Below, piece by piece: positions 24,765 through 37,985 of a stretch of DNA of 64,000 nt. Position numbers and translations under genes: made by a program. Source of the stretch: Ginglymostoma cirratum (Eukaryota); contig JAHRHZ010000068.1 in assembly GCA_024137785.1 (NCBI GenBank), positions 1,293,425 through 1,357,424 of the forward strand. Reading direction: 5' to 3'. Under the pieces are notes generated by a model. That model was not told where the DNA came from. It ran no database searches and was given only the letters and a program-made list of their open reading frames with translations. The first letter of the stretch is position 1, and every line of letters starts with the position of its first letter.

Positions 24765-24915
24765 GCCGATGCTGGAAACCTGATATTACAGAACATGCTC
24801 GAGATAGTGAGATAGCAACAGAGTTAACATTTCAGATTGATGACCTTTTATTGTTCAGAAACATTAGTTTTCTCTCCACAAATGTGACATGACTGACTGG
24901 GTATTTTGAGTTTTC
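24765..24915. mobile_element. Old PLE family-B fold-back remnant
   Basis: GATGCTGGAAACCTGA...ACAGAGTTAACATTTCAGATTGATGACCTTTTATT then GAAACATTAGTTTTCTCTCCACAAATG. Confidence 0.5.
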
Positions 24916-25679
24916 ACACCTCGAATACGAAAGGAATTACAAACCTCCTGCACTTCTAAAAGCCGAGTCTTACCTTTGTTCAACGACATTGCAGATTGTC
25001 ACCAAATAAGTTACTAAAAGAGGTGCTAAGTAACTGAATTCAATTTAAAGCCTCTTTTGTGATTTTTCTTTTTCAGATGTGACTGGTTGTCAACCTTTTG
25101 AATATATAATATATTGTTATTATAATATAATGGGCATCAACTTGCTGAGTTTACTTTCACATATTGAGTATCTAAATTATTTTGTTAGTGCACACAGTTG
25201 CAAAAACAGTTAAAAGTTCTATTTTCCATATATTGCTATCATTATTCATGCTAACAATTCATTGCCTTGCTTCTCACATGACACTGCTATCTTTGTTACA
25301 CTATTTCATGTGATGGAAGAAAAGTCTGACTTTCTTGGGAACCTATTATGCATATTAACACCTTAGTGCTTATCTTGTTATCTGCCGTTCTCTTTCTCAC
25401 AGCCCAACAAATTCTCATTGCTGAATTCTGTCATTTCCCTCTATTTCAGCTGAACTGGGGAATGGAAAATGGGAAGACTGATGAGTGTGGTGGTGCCTAC
25501 TGTTCTCATTTGTGAATTCCCCTATTTGAATAGAAATGCCTCCAGTGCCTGGTCACCAATATGGCACTTCCTTTGAATAGCATGCTTCATTTAACAGGAA
25601 GATCACTTCAGTTGATTGCTTGTCTGCATTGGAGGGCACTATTTCAGTGTTTTTATGGTTTACTTAGTGCCATTTAAAA

Positions 25680-26325
25680 GTGATTTGATTTGATGTGATT
25701 TATTGAATTCACATGTACCTAACTACAGTGAAAAGTTTTGCTTTGCGAGCAGTACAGGCAGATCATAGCAGACAAGGACATACAGATCTTAGGGTGCTTA
25801 GACAGAGCGAGGCAGACAGGTTACAACTGCACAGCAGGTGTGCAAAACAAGAACAACACCAGCAAGACCAACATTATTTAAAGTTAGAGAGTCCATTCAG
25901 CAGTCTTACATCAGCAGCGAAGAAGCTGTTCTTGAACCTGTTGGTGCGTGTGTTCTAGCTTCTGTATCTTCTGCCTGACAGAAAAGATTGGAAGAGAGCT
26001 TTACTGGGTGGGTGGGGTCTTTGATGATGTTGGCAGCTTTTCTGTGGCAACAAGTGTAAATGGTATCCATGGATGGGAGGTTGGCTTTCGTGATGGTCTG
26101 GGCTGTGCACACAACTTCCTGTAGTTTCCTACAGACCTGGGCAGAGCAGTTGCCGTACCAGACCGTTATGCACCCGGATGGTATGCTTTCTGTGGTGCAT
26201 TTGTAAAAGTTGGTGAGAGTCCTTATGGACATGCCAAATTTACGAAGCAGCCTGACGAAGAAGAGGCATTGTTGTACCTTGTTGACCATTGCATCTATGT
26301 GAGAGGTCCAGGACAGATTGTTGGT
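25680..26325 (-). mobile_element. Rex1/Babar LINE 3' portion
   Basis: ORF 25906-26289 KVQQCLFFVRLLRKFGMS..LTNFYKCTTESIPSGCITVWYGNCSAQ..IIKDPTHP is the characteristic Rex1/Babar ORF2 C-terminus; AATAAA plus (ATCAA)n tail at ~25680-25705. Confidence 0.85.
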
Positions 26326-27427
26326 TATCAGTGCTGGCTGTGATTGCTGGCTTTGTTCCGTTGGATATTGTTATCATGCATATTGTATTGCCCTGAAGAA
26401 AATAGTAAATTGCACTTTTATGAATGTGTTTAATAATGCTGAAATGACATAACCAATGTTTCTTTAAACTTTCATTACTAACAGACAAAAATTCTGTTAT
26501 GAGATTTTAATTTGCTTTTTGACTACTTCAAATAATTTTAATTTGTGCTTTGAATATTTTGTTGTTTTGATGTTCATTGTTGTAATGTTATACCCTTTAA
26601 GTATTGTCATGCATGCTGTTCTGGTTCAATATGTAATTAACTCATACACTTGGATAGGTTTTGAGAATTTCTCTACACTAGTGTGGAAAATGCTTCCATT
26701 GCCACCTATTCAGAAATTATGTTGTACATTGCTTTTGCTCTTCTTGAGCATCTATCGATATGTTTACTGATGTAGAAACCCTGTAACATTTCAATGTGCA
26801 CTGTGTATGAACGTTACTCCAATCTGGCAAGAATCCCTTGTTTTGTTTGAGACTACACAGATGTCTTCATAGTCAGTGCTTGCTGAATTACTTATAAAGT
26901 GATGATTGAGGTTGTCTTTTGGTTAGTAGAGTTACCATGGATTTAACAACTATATTTTCATATAGTTGTTTTTATTTTTTTTCATATTTTCATGTTTTCC
27001 CGGGACATTTTTTACTGTGCAGTTAATTTCATCTTAAAAATGTTGTTGTATCAATTAGTGTTTCTGTTTGGTTTTTCTGTTTGGATTTATTTACTTAGAA
27101 AATGATACCCAAAAAAGCAGAGAAAATCTAAAGAATCTTGACTGTAGTATTACACAATATATTTAGTAAAAATGTGGCTTCCACATATAAATAGCTTTCC
27201 CTGCACGTCTTTATGGCAATATTGGCTGATGGAATTAACATTAGAGTTTGCTGAGGGAAGTTTTTGGTGCAAGTTGAATATTTCTTTAAAGGAGACATAA
27301 CTTGGTTCATTCCTGCTTTTGAATTCTTGGCCATTTTATTTGAAAATAATTCATAGAAAGTTTAAGATTGTACCACATAACAGTGAGGGAATTGTCATTT
27401 ACTGAACTGGACAAGTATTTGTTTGAA

Positions 27428-27766
27428 GAATTCATAAAATCCCTATAGTGTGGAAGCAGGTCGTTCGGCCCATCAAGTCCACACTGACTCTCCAAAGAGC
27501 ATCCCACCCAGACCCACTCCCCTATCCATGTAACCCCACATTTCCCGTAGCTAATCCATCTAGCCTGCTCTTCCCTGGACACTATGAACAATTTAGCATG
27601 GCCAGTCCACTTAACCTACACATCTTTGGACTGTGGGTAGAAACCAGAACACCCAGAGAAAACCCACACAGACATGGGCAGAATGTGCAAACTCCAGCTG
27701 CTCAAGAGTGGAATTGAGTCCAGGTCCCTGACGCTGTGAGGCAGCAGTGGTAACCACAGAGCCACC
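27428..27766 (-). mobile_element. HE1-type SINE
   Basis: Full HE1 pattern, tail AAATCCCTATAGTGTGGAAGCAGG, head GCTGTGAGGCAGCAGTGGTAACCAC. Confidence 0.9.
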
Positions 27767-28699
27767 TCCAATTCAGATGTTGAATTCATCAATAAGTAGG
27801 CAGTTGTAATATGGAAGTTTAATTCAGTGATCTTTAGATCAAAAGTCAGTTTGATTTGAACATATCTTTTCTAAAAGCAATTGTGAACATTGTCTAGTGA
27901 CATCACTGAAGGCAGACCATGCATATTTATGGCAACTGATTACCAGATTGGACTCAATTGTGATGCAATTCATTGTTAAATAATCTGTCAACATTCACTG
28001 CCTGGATTTCCTGAATTATTTGTGATGGTGGTCATGTGAGTAAAGTACTGGAGGATTATCAATACTTATAAAACTGTGCAGTTTTCACAAAGTGTGAGAA
28101 TATTAGTGTGTACTAAAAATCATATCACTTGTTTTGAAATTACCACTTGCTGCTGGGATGAATTTGTTCTTTGTGACCTATAAAATATTCTCGATAAAAG
28201 TAATATAGTTCCACACAGATGTCTTACACTATTAAGCACAATTGAGTGGGGCTGAGTAATTTGTGGTTGCTCATACTGTGTAAATGAAGACTTGATAGGT
28301 GGTGGATGATAATTTGATCTACAAGTGTAAATACATAATTCTGCTCTCCTCCATTAGCCAGGTAGCACAGTTATTAGCAGGTTTTTATTAAATCACTGTA
28401 TAGTATAAAGTCAAAATAGTTTGTTAAATTGCTTTATATTTTGAAATCTATATATATTGCACTAATACTCAATGGAGGGGTCTTAAATCCATGATGGAAA
28501 GCTGACTGGGGGAGTGTGCAGTCCGAAATTGGCCCTATTTATTTCATTTTTCATATTTCAAATGTAATTTTATATACTTCATTTCCGTCTTTCTGTGCAG
28601 CTGTTGAAAATTGGACGAGCCCAAGGCTGCTGCTGATAGTTGGGTAGTCAGGTAGTCAGGTACTTGACAGAGTTCCTGACAACCCTCTCAGGTGGCAGC

Positions 28700-28880
28700 C
28701 TTTGGAGTGGTACCTTAGCAAATACATTTTGGAAATCCAGGTATGCTGTATCTACTGGATCCCCTTTATCTACAAAACTCAAAAAGATTCCAACAAATTA
28801 GTCAAACATGATTTGCTTTTCATAAACCTTTGTTGGCTTTACCTGTTGATGACCTGATTTTCTAAGTACATTGTTAAGAT
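28700..28880 (-). mobile_element. CR1 RT fragment
   Basis: TTTTGGAAATCCAGGTA (YLDFQK reversed) and CAAATTAGTCAAACATGATTTGCTTTTCATAAACC (GFMKSKSCLTNL reversed). Confidence 0.65.
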
Positions 28881-30009
28881 TTAGGTGTCTTGTTTTCACT
28901 GTGTCGTATTTTCAAGGTTCCATCTAACTCTATGCAGCCACTGAATGTGCTCGTACAGATTTTCTTTTCACTATCCTTGTCTGCACAGACCTCCCTGGAG
29001 CATTCTATTTCATTTATTATACATTATTACCTACATGCTTTTCTTTTGAGAAATTCTCTGACTATATGAGGTCAATGTTTCATCTGTAGTTACTGATGCC
29101 TAAACTAATCTCTGTAACACCACCACTGACTCTTAAGACTGCTGCCATATTGTCTGTCTTACGATCAGAATGCCAAAATGGGTATTCTGAGGTTGCTGCA
29201 GTTTGATTTTGCCAAAACAAAATTGTCCTTCTTCTCAATCGTTTGACTTCTGTCTCAGGTTATATTCGTCACTCTATAGGCTTCTGTTGCCCCAGACATC
29301 CCAGCTGTGAGATTTTTCTGAATCCTCACTTAAAGTGCTTATCAAAGGTAACTTGACTTGCCCTTGACTGAGTCTTAAAGTTCTCCTAGGATGTTAAGAA
29401 ATCTTTCTAATTATTTGTGTTGAATTTTTTTTATTGAACTGATGCTACTTTACATTTATCAACTATTTTTCTAAGTTATCTTAAAAGGGAGAGGCATTGT
29501 TTCCACCCATGGATATCAACTTTGGATAATATTTATTTTGCACTGCTGGAGATCTGCAGATCTCATTTCTTAGCACAGAATATCAGCTGCAGAGAACATT
29601 AATTCCATTTATTATGTGATAACGTTACCTCATAATAGCTTTGGAGGAGTGCAAATTCTAACGTTTGCTCACATTTGGAGTTAATATAGTGGGTCTAGAA
29701 AATGCACACATGCTCTTAAGTGTAGAATTACAATGTGTAGTTTATTTTTATTCCCAGTATGTAGAAATCCTGATTCAAGCATAATCCTAGCTGAAACGTA
29801 ATATTTCATTGCAAAGTATTTAAAGTAATATTTGTTTAATTTTAACTATAGCACCCTTCTTTGTCCAAGCATAAGTTGCGCAAAATACAACTGCAAAAAG
29901 TTTTTGAACCTTTTACAATTAATTGTTTACTAATTCCAGAAAATCAGAAAACATGTAGAATTAAAACAGCACGAAGAGCTCATACACCCCATTGTCCTTG
30001 TGCTGCGTC

Positions 30010-30660
30010 TTCCAATTTTTCCCATTCTCTTCCTGTTTCTCCATAGTTCAGCAAGTTTTTCATTTTCAAGTATATATCCAATTCCCTTTGTGAAAAATAC
30101 TTTATTGAATCTGCATTGGAGGCAAGTGCCAGACCATTATAACATGCCTTGATTTCTTGAACGTCCGAGTTAAACATCACTTTAACTACTTCTGTTCTAA
30201 AACAATAATCCCAGCTTCTGTATCTATTCACCTAACTAAATTCCCTCATTCCGTGTTTCCTGTGTATTATTGCCCATCCTGTCAGGTTTGCAATTAATTG
30301 ATCAGTTTAAAATATCTCCATCACTCTATCTGAAACCTAACCAGTGATTTATAAAGATTAAATAGAACTTCTTTGCTTTTGCATTCAATCCCTATTTATA
30401 AATTCATGTTTACCTTGTACATGTTTACCAGTCTTATCAACTTACTCTGCTGTAATCAAATATTAGTGTTTGTAAGACCTAGGGTCTCTCTATTCCTTTA
30501 AAATTGTACCTCTGCCTCTCCTCGTTCTTTACTTTCAGAATCCATCACTCCACAGACAGCTGCATTGAATTTCATGTGCCATTTCATGCTGTTTGATCAG
30601 TCTGACCACAGTACTGGAGCCTGGTACATGCTCCTATTCTTCTCACTGTTTGCCATATTT
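30010..30660 (-). mobile_element. Decayed CR1 LINE 3' region
   Basis: CCTGTTTCTCCATAG...TCAAGTATATATCCAATTCCCTTT (RELDIYLK reversed) and CACATTGAATTTCAT-like (WHMKFN) segment near 30560. Confidence 0.55.
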
Positions 30661-30909
30661 CCAACAATGAAGAAGCTAAGGTAGAACAGTCTTAGTTTTC
30701 AGTAGAATAGGATGACTGCCTATGATGTCAGCAACTCTGCTTGCATGTGCAGGAGCAGATATTGCCTAAATTTCCTATTTTCATAGTCGAATTACACTTT
30801 GTCCTTCTTATCCCAGCCAGACAATCAGTTTCTAAATTAAATATATAATGTCAAACAGGTAACAAAAAAAACTTGGTATTTACATATGGTGCTCTTCGTG
30901 ATCGTTAAG

Positions 30910-31126
30910 CAGGTAATGAAGCACTTTTTAAAGTATGTTTGTTGTTAATGTGTGAAATGCAGCAGCCAGTTTGTGCACAGTGAGCTCCCCCAATAATTTG
31001 ATAAATGATGATTAGAATATTAACTTCTATAATGCTGATTGACGGACAAATTTTGGTTAGAAAACTAGGGAAAACACTCCTGCTGTACATCAAAATGATG
31101 TAATGGGATCTTTTATGCCCACCTGA
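30910..31126 (-). mobile_element. DeuSINE (SacSINE1/AmnSINE1-like) fragment
   Basis: Reverse reads TCAGGTGGGCATAAAAGATCCCAT...GGGAGCTCACTGTGCACAAACTGGCTGCTGCATTTC...AAAGTGCTTCATT, matching the Deu domain and tail as recalled. Confidence 0.7.
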
Positions 31127-31875
31127 AAAAAATAGTTGCAGCTTAATTGTGCAGAAATATTTGGTGTTTTACTCTGTGTGTATTTTTGCAATCAATCAAT
31201 TGAAATGTATTGGATTTCACTATGTTCAGTGACTTTTAAGTTTAATATTAAGTTAATATTTTTATCAGAAAATTAAGAGTGGACTTCTGGAATAGCTCTT
31301 AAACTTGTAATTATAAGTCTGCTAAGACCATGAAGTTGGCAGAAAGGAATGCTTTCATAAATGTTGCCAAAGAGAAATATAATTTAATATTTATAGAAAT
31401 ATTTATTATGACTGAATGGTAAACATAACTTATTGTGGTCAGTTTATGCAGTCTTCCATTTTCAGCTTGTCAGTGTACAACCTACTGTGGATATATTTGC
31501 ACATTGGATCTAACTTTTCTAAATCCACTTGTTCATCAAATTTAAACAAAAATCTGAAAATTCCTCATTACCATATTGGATCTGCTTCATACCTTCTTTT
31601 TGTACCAGTTGAAAATTTCTGCATATATTGTCTGACTTGCTGGTGGATGAAACACAACTTTGATGTGGGTCTAAATGACGGTTAATATTTCAACCACTTT
31701 CTGGACACTCATTCTAATCAATAGAGAGGTAGATCTTGCAGGAGGTAGAAGAGATAGTTTGCATCCTACCGTCAGATCGCACAATCGCTGAAGTTGAAGT
31801 TCACCCTCATTTGGTGCAATGTATGAAGCGCAAGAAATGGCTATTGGTTCCCTGTTGACTGCCATTTTTTACGAT

Positions 31876-32125
31876 CCCAAAATCCGCAAAACGGACTGCC
31901 TTGATAGACTCATTGTTTCTCCTTGCTCCTGCCCAATGAAACTTATTTCTTTCTACCTTGACTCAATTTTTTCTCCCCTTGTCCAGTCTCTTCAGCACAT
32001 ATTTGACCTTTTTCTAGCTTGCTCTAGTTCTAATGAAATGTTAACTCTGCATTCTCTCCACAGATACTATCAGACCTGCTGTGTTTCTCCAGCAATTTCT
32101 GTTTTTCTTTCAGATTTCCAGCGTA
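31876..32125 (+). mobile_element. PLE RT fragment fused to a family-B pseudo-LTR
   Basis: PKIRKTDCLDRLIVSPCSCPMKLISFYLDSIFSPLVQSL resembles PLE RT motif PKIHKPDCPGRPIVS..; joined within ~40 nt to AGTTCTAATGAAATGTTAACTCTG...CTCCACAGATAC..CAGACCTGCTG. Confidence 0.75.
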
Positions 32126-32379
32126 AACAATTGTTGGTTTAATTCTTTAGGTTTAGTTGGAGATGACTTTGTTCCCCTAGCTTTGTGAAGACAAGGTACA
32201 TTAACAATATATTTGTTTACAACAGTACAGGCAATATTATTAGCTTGTAGGAATATGTTCATGTGACATTTAGTACTGTTTATCAAATATTTGTTCAGTG
32301 TAACATATATAAAATTTCAGTGTTGCTCTGCAGTCTCCACAGACCTAGCACATGCGACAGCTTGCTGAAATAGTTCTGG

Positions 32380-32870
32380 TAGCAACAATGTCTTGCACTC
32401 ATATAGCGGTTTTAACGTGGTAAAATGTCACAATACTCTTCACAGAAGTGTTGTAAAGTGCAATTGGACACTGAGCACGAGGTGATATTAAGAAAAATGA
32501 ATAAAAGCTTGGTCAGAGAATGAGGTTTAAAATTGCATTTTAAAGGAGGATAGAGAAGTAGAGAGGCAAAAATGTTTAGAAAGGGAAGAAAGATTTAAAG
32601 TGCAGGAGACTGAAGCCATTGTTCTTATTGATAACACATTTAAAATATGCAATATTTAAGAGGCTAGTATTAAGGGAGTGAAGATATCTTGTAGGATTGT
32701 AAGGCTGGAGAAAATTAGAGTTGGGACCAGGCAGGACAACAGAGGGATGTAAAAACAAGGACAAGAATTTTTAAGATGAGGCTTTGCTGAAGCGCAGATC
32801 GCTGTATGATCAGCAAGCACAGCAATAGTGGGTGATCGTGATTTGTTGCAAGGTAGGCAACAGAGTTTTG
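32380..32870 (-). mobile_element. L2-clade LINE 3' fragment
   Basis: TTGCACTCATATAGCGGTTTTAACGT end signature; AAAACAAGGACAAGAATTTTTAAG (KILVLVF reversed); TAAGGCTGGAGAAA (LQPY). Confidence 0.65.
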
Positions 32871-35367
32871 GAAGCTCAAGTCCGTCTCTTATTTTGTGCT
32901 TTACCTACCTTGTGGCTGAATCATGTTTTGACTTCAGCTGAAAGAACAGCTTTATGTAAGTCGCAGGGGGCGATTTTAACATAATAGATTTCGAGCAAGT
33001 GGTGAACAATACAACTGCGCTTGGTGTGAGATGCTTTGAGGGGCAGGTATCCTTGAAGTTTTAACGGTCAGCACGTGAGCACATGAAACTTATCAACCTG
33101 GATGGGCAGAACTTGGATTCTGCTCAGTGGGGCAGAACAAGAGATGTTTTCTATGGGAGTGAGTTTATCAGCAGGACCTATCAAAAACCTTTAAATTAGA
33201 GCAACCTGGAGTAGTTCCTTTAAGGATCACATGTTATACTGTTTAATATCTGGTACCATTGGGTGAAGATTGTGGGCTGCATTCTTTGGTCATTGGTATC
33301 TCAAAATTGTATTGGACCCAGAGAACCCCAATTCAATATACGCTGCAGCCTAAAACAGGCAAGAACTTGAAATGACTGTGCAGAGAATTCCTGGATATTG
33401 GCTGCAATCATTTTTGTGATTTTTCTTGTTCCTGCTGGCTTGAAGGCTTTAATTTTCATTCATATTGCTTTGGAACACATAATCATTTTTCCTGCAGTTA
33501 TATTCTCTTTCATGTCATGTTACGTACAATGAAATTGTGTAATTTCTACTTTATTCCAAATTAACAGAATTTTTACACACATTTTTCGCAACCTTAGCTT
33601 TCCACCAGGGACGTATGTGTTGGATACTGTTATTATAAAATGATATTCATGCCATACTTTGGTGCTTTTCTGAGTCATGCAATGTTTTTCTTGATTTTTG
33701 CCAGCTCCTTCTGGTTGTTGGCACAACAACATACACTACTTCTGGTCAATTATTCCCACACTTGCTACTTTTTTTCTTTTTTTTTGAGATCTTAAACCCC
33801 AGATTAGAATGTGCTTGCAATGCTGTATTACATGGGTCACCTGGACTAGCAGAAAATATTTTTTCCTTTGTTGTATTTATGAGTACAGTTGTACACATAA
33901 CAGTTTGATTAACAAATTTTCTGCACTTATGCCGGTTAAGTGTCTGATTAGCCATTTGAGAAACATAAAAGGATCATCAATAAAGGTACATCATAATTGC
34001 TATATTTTTGTGTGCAGTAATGAAATAATCTTCTTTATAATCACATGTTACATCTGCTATTTTGTTAATGGTTAAATAATTTCTTTCAAAATAGGCATTT
34101 GCTCATTTTTTTGAAAAACAGTAAGTAGGAATGGCAAAGCATGTGTCTAAAACTTGACACAATAGTGTGACCTCTTTCCTCTCCCAACCATGTTAATTCA
34201 GTTCATCTGGCCATCTTTGGTTTGTTTTATTCCATTATCACTTCAGTTGAATTCATGCTATTCTAGCAAATAGAAATGGTATTGTTTGAAAGTGGGTTAG
34301 GAATTAAATGGCTTATTATCCAAAATATTATGGAAACAGAAATCTGTGTTGTGGAGAGTTTTGATGCTAGGCTATGTATTTGATATCTGCAAGAAAAGGC
34401 ACTTTTTCCTCTCTGTTTCAGAGATTGTCCCAGATATTCTGTCTAAAATTCTACTCATCATCTTATTTTATTGCAAAATATTACTGTTAAGTTAATGAAC
34501 TCATCAAAAGCTGAAAAATAGGCCTATGATGCTTACTTCACAGTTTACATGTAGTAAGGTGAACAAGTCTCCTTTGAAAATACAAGGTCATTCCAGTTTC
34601 AGGATCAACCAAACTTCTTTTGCAAAATCAAAAAGCATTGCTGCCCAGTCCCAAATAGAGATGTGCTAATTCAGAAAATTAGCAAAAGATGACGCCTACA
34701 AAATTAGACCGATTCCTAACAAATTATTAGCACAGGCTTTCAGTTTAAACTTGGCATATCCAAAGAGCTCAGAGATAGCAAGAACTGCAGATGCTGGAGT
34801 CAGAGCTGATACAGTGTGGAGCTGGAGGAACACAGCTGGTCAGGCAACGTCAGAGGAGCAGGAGAGTCGACATTTCAGGCCTAGACACTTCTTCATGACT
34901 GGGGAGGGGGAAGAGAGCTGGCAAATAAATAGAGGAAAGAGGAGTGGGGCTGGGGGATAGTAGGTGGGATGGCGATAGGTGGATGCAGGTAGGAGGTAAT
35001 GAAAATTGGTCAGTGGGAAGGGTGGGACGGATAGGTGATGAAGGAGATGGACAGGTAGTGTTAGGTCAAGGAGCTGGGAATGAGAGGGAGGGTTGGACAT
35101 GGGATGAGGCCGGGGGTGGGGAAGTTTTGAAACTGGTGAATTCTTTGTTTAGACCATCAGGCTGTTGTTCCTCCAGTTTGCATGTGGCATCATTGTGGCG
35201 CTGGAGGAGGCCCAGGATGGGCATATCACCCAGAGAGTGGGAGGGGGAGTTAAAATGGTTAGCGACCGGAAGGTGTTGTTGATTATAGCGTAGGGAGTGC
35301 AGGTGCTGTCTTTGCCCTCAACCGCATCGCTTGCATTTCTGCACTTCTGCCCTCAAAACCCTCCCCC

Positions 35368-35975
35368 CAACAAAAATAAAGACAGAACCCCGGTCCTCAG
35401 CTATCACCCCATCAACCTCCGCATCCAGCGCATCATCCTCGCCACTTCTGCCACCTGCAATCTGACCCTACCACCAAAGAGATATTTCCCTCCCTACTCC
35501 TACCTGCCTTTCACAGGGACCGCTCACTCCATGACTCCCTCGTCCACTCCACACTCCCCACTAACCCCACCACACCTGCAACCACAGGAAGTGCTACACC
35601 TGCCTTTACATCTCCCCCCCTCGCCTCCATCTGAGGCCCAAGACAACTTTCCATATCTGACATGTTCACCTGCACATCCTCCAATCTGGTTGTTGTATCC
35701 ATTCCTCCCGATGTGGCCTCCTCTCCATCGGTGAGACCAAACGGAGACACAGTGACAGATTTGCAGAGCACCTGGGCTCCGTATGCTATAATCAACAACA
35801 CCTTGCGGTCGCTAACTATTTTGACTCCTCCTCGCTCTCCCTTGATGACATGTCCATCCTGGGCCTCCTCCAGTGCCAGAATGATGCCACCTGCAAACTG
35901 GAGGAACAACACTTCATATTCCACATTGGGAGCCAACAGCCTGATGGCCTAAACGTAGAGTTAACCAGTTTCAAA
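35368..35975 (+). pseudogene. PLE GIY-YIG endonuclease remnant with Cys-rich linker
   Basis: KDRTPVLSYHPINLRIQRII ... CNHRKCYTC ... FTCTSSNLV/CIHSSRCGLLSIGETKRRHSDRFAEHLGSV ... KLEEQHFIFHIGSQQPDGLNVE (frameshifted). Confidence 0.85.
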
Positions 35976-36269
35976 ATCTCCCCACCGCCGGCTTCATCCC
36001 ATATCCAACCCTCCCTTTTACCCCCGCCTCTTTGACCTGACACAACCTGTCCATCTCCTTTCCCATCTATCTACCCCACCCTTCCCCATTGACCAATGTC
36101 CATTACCCCCTACCTACACCCACCTATCGCCATCCCACCTACCTACCCCCAGCTGCACCCCTCTTTCCTCTGCCTCTGTCTGTCTCCTCTCCACCTATCT
36201 TCTCCTCTATCCCTCTTCTATCCGCCTCCCCCCCCCTCTATTTATTTCAGAACCTACTTCCCCTCCCCC

Positions 36270-36475
36270 ATTTCTGAAGAAGGGTCTAGGCCCGAAACAT
36301 CAGCTTTCCTGCTCCTCTGATGCTGCTTGGCCTGCTGTGTTCACCTAGCTCTACTCCTTGTTATCTCAGATTCTCCAGCATCTGCAGTTCCTACTACCCC
36401 TCTTTCCTCTATTTATTTCCCAGCTTCCTTTCGTTTCCTAGTCCTGATGAAGGGTCTAGGCCCAAAACATCAACT
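36270..36475 (+). ncRNA. Tandem pair of decayed minimal hammerhead motifs
   Basis: CTGAAGA(36274)-A-GGGTCTAGGCCC-GAAACATC and CTGATGA(36444)-A-GGGTCTAGGCCC-AAAACATC, 170 nt apart; changes are CpG-type. Confidence 0.65.
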
Positions 36476-36734
36476 CTCCTGCTCCTCTGATGCTGCCTGA
36501 GCAGCTGTGTTCCTCCAGCTCCGCACTGTATTGCCCATAACCAAAGTACGTTCACTTTTATTACTGGCAAAAGTTTGCTATTTTCCTTTTCTCCCTAAAT
36601 TGAACTTGCGACACATCAATCCAATTTCCAAGCTGATGTTTTTCCCTGTTTCAACTCACACTGCCGCTACAACCCAGTTCAAGTTTGGTCTCCAATATAC
36701 TCATTTCAAGTTACCACTTGGATCATATTTTAAT

Positions 36735-37985
36735 TCTTTCATGGGATATTGCTATCCACAATTGCCCTTAAGAAGGTGGTGGTGAGCTGCTGTCTTGAAC
36801 TGCGACAGTTTAAATAGTGTAACTACTCAGTTCTCTAAAGGAGTGAGTTCCAAGATTTCAATCTAGTGACGCTACAGGAGTGGCAACATAGTTTCAATTC
36901 AGGATGGCATGTAGATTGGCGAAAAGCTTGCAGGTGGTGTTTCCATGCACCTGGTGCCTTTGTCCTTCTGGTTGTTAGAGGTCATGGATTTGAAAGGTGC
37001 TGTGGAAGCAGGCTTAGTAAGTCGCAGCAGTACATCTTGTTTATGGCGTATACAGCTGTCACTGTTCGTTGATGGGGAGGGAATGAATGTTTAAACTGGT
37101 GGATGGATACCAAACAAGTGGGTCCTTTGTCCTGTACAATTTTGAGCTCCTTGAGTGTTATAGGAATGACACACATTCGAGAAATGGAGAGTATTCTAAC
37201 ACCTGCTTGAGTTGTGTCTTGTTCATGGTGGGTAGGCTTTGAGGAGTTAGGACCTGAATTACTTGCTGCAGAATTTTTTGTCTCTGATGTGATCTCATTG
37301 CCAGTGTTTGTATGGTTGCTGCAATTAAATTTGTGGTCAAGGGTAACACTCAGGATGTTGGTGATGGTATTTCTACAATGGTAATGACATTGAGTGCCAT
37401 GGGGAGATGGTTATAGTCTCTGTTGTTGGAGGTGGATTTGTCTGTTACTTATGACACAAATGGTGCTTTCTATTTATCACCCCAAGCCTTGAAATTGTCA
37501 AGGGTTTGGCGCATATGGACACAGATTACTCCAGTATCTGAGGAGTTGGGAATGATATTGAACAGTCTGCAATGAATAACAGATGGCCCCAACTCTCTTT
37601 ATGATGGAAGGAACATTGTTGATGAAGCAGTTGTAGATGTTTGGGGCTAGGCTATTACCCTGTGGAATATGGAGGCTGTTGGGGTGAAGTGGTAGAGTCC
37701 TTACGTCTCGAACCAAGAGGCCTAGGTTCAAGCCCTAGCTGCTGCAAAAGTTGTAATAACATCTCTAACAGGTTGATTAGAAAATATCTATCCTGAGGAA
37801 CAATTGCAGAGATGGTTTGGGAGTGAGATGAGTGACATCAAGTAATCAGAACCATATTCCTTTTGTGCTAGGTATGATTCCAACCAATGGAAAGTTGGTC
37901 CATGATTCTGATTGACTTCAGTTTTGCTGCAACTGCTTGATGTCAAACTGAGTCAAATGCTGCCTTAATAGCAAGAACAGTCAGA
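36735..37985 (-). mobile_element. Rearranged LINE (CR1/L2 group) with RT motif
   Basis: 3' end CCCTTAAGAAGGTGGTGGTGAGCTGC; reverse frame PQGNSLAPNIYNCFINNVPSII (~37600-37665) resembles RT motif PQGSVLGP..F..FINDLP; TCAAATGCTGCCTTAAT (IKAAFD reversed) near 37955. Confidence 0.75.
37670..37790 (+). mobile_element. Short tRNA-derived SINE inserted into LINE RT
   Basis: GGTGAAGTGGTAG A-box, GGTTCAAGCCC B-box; homologous to 10803-10921; duplication TACCCTGTGGAA (37656-37667) / TATCCTGAGGAA (37789-37800). Confidence 0.75.

Larger units (their letters stand above)
34766..36530 (+). mobile_element. 5'-truncated Penelope-like element (Neptune-type) with inverted 5' copy and two tandem pseudo-LTRs
   Basis: 34770-35295 is an inverted copy of the 3' end; direct part encodes linker plus GIY-YIG; pLTRs at ~36240-36395 and ~36410-36530; degenerate TSD TTGGCATATCCAAAG (34751-34765) / TTGCCCATAACCAAAG (36531-36546). 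Confidence 0.9.
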
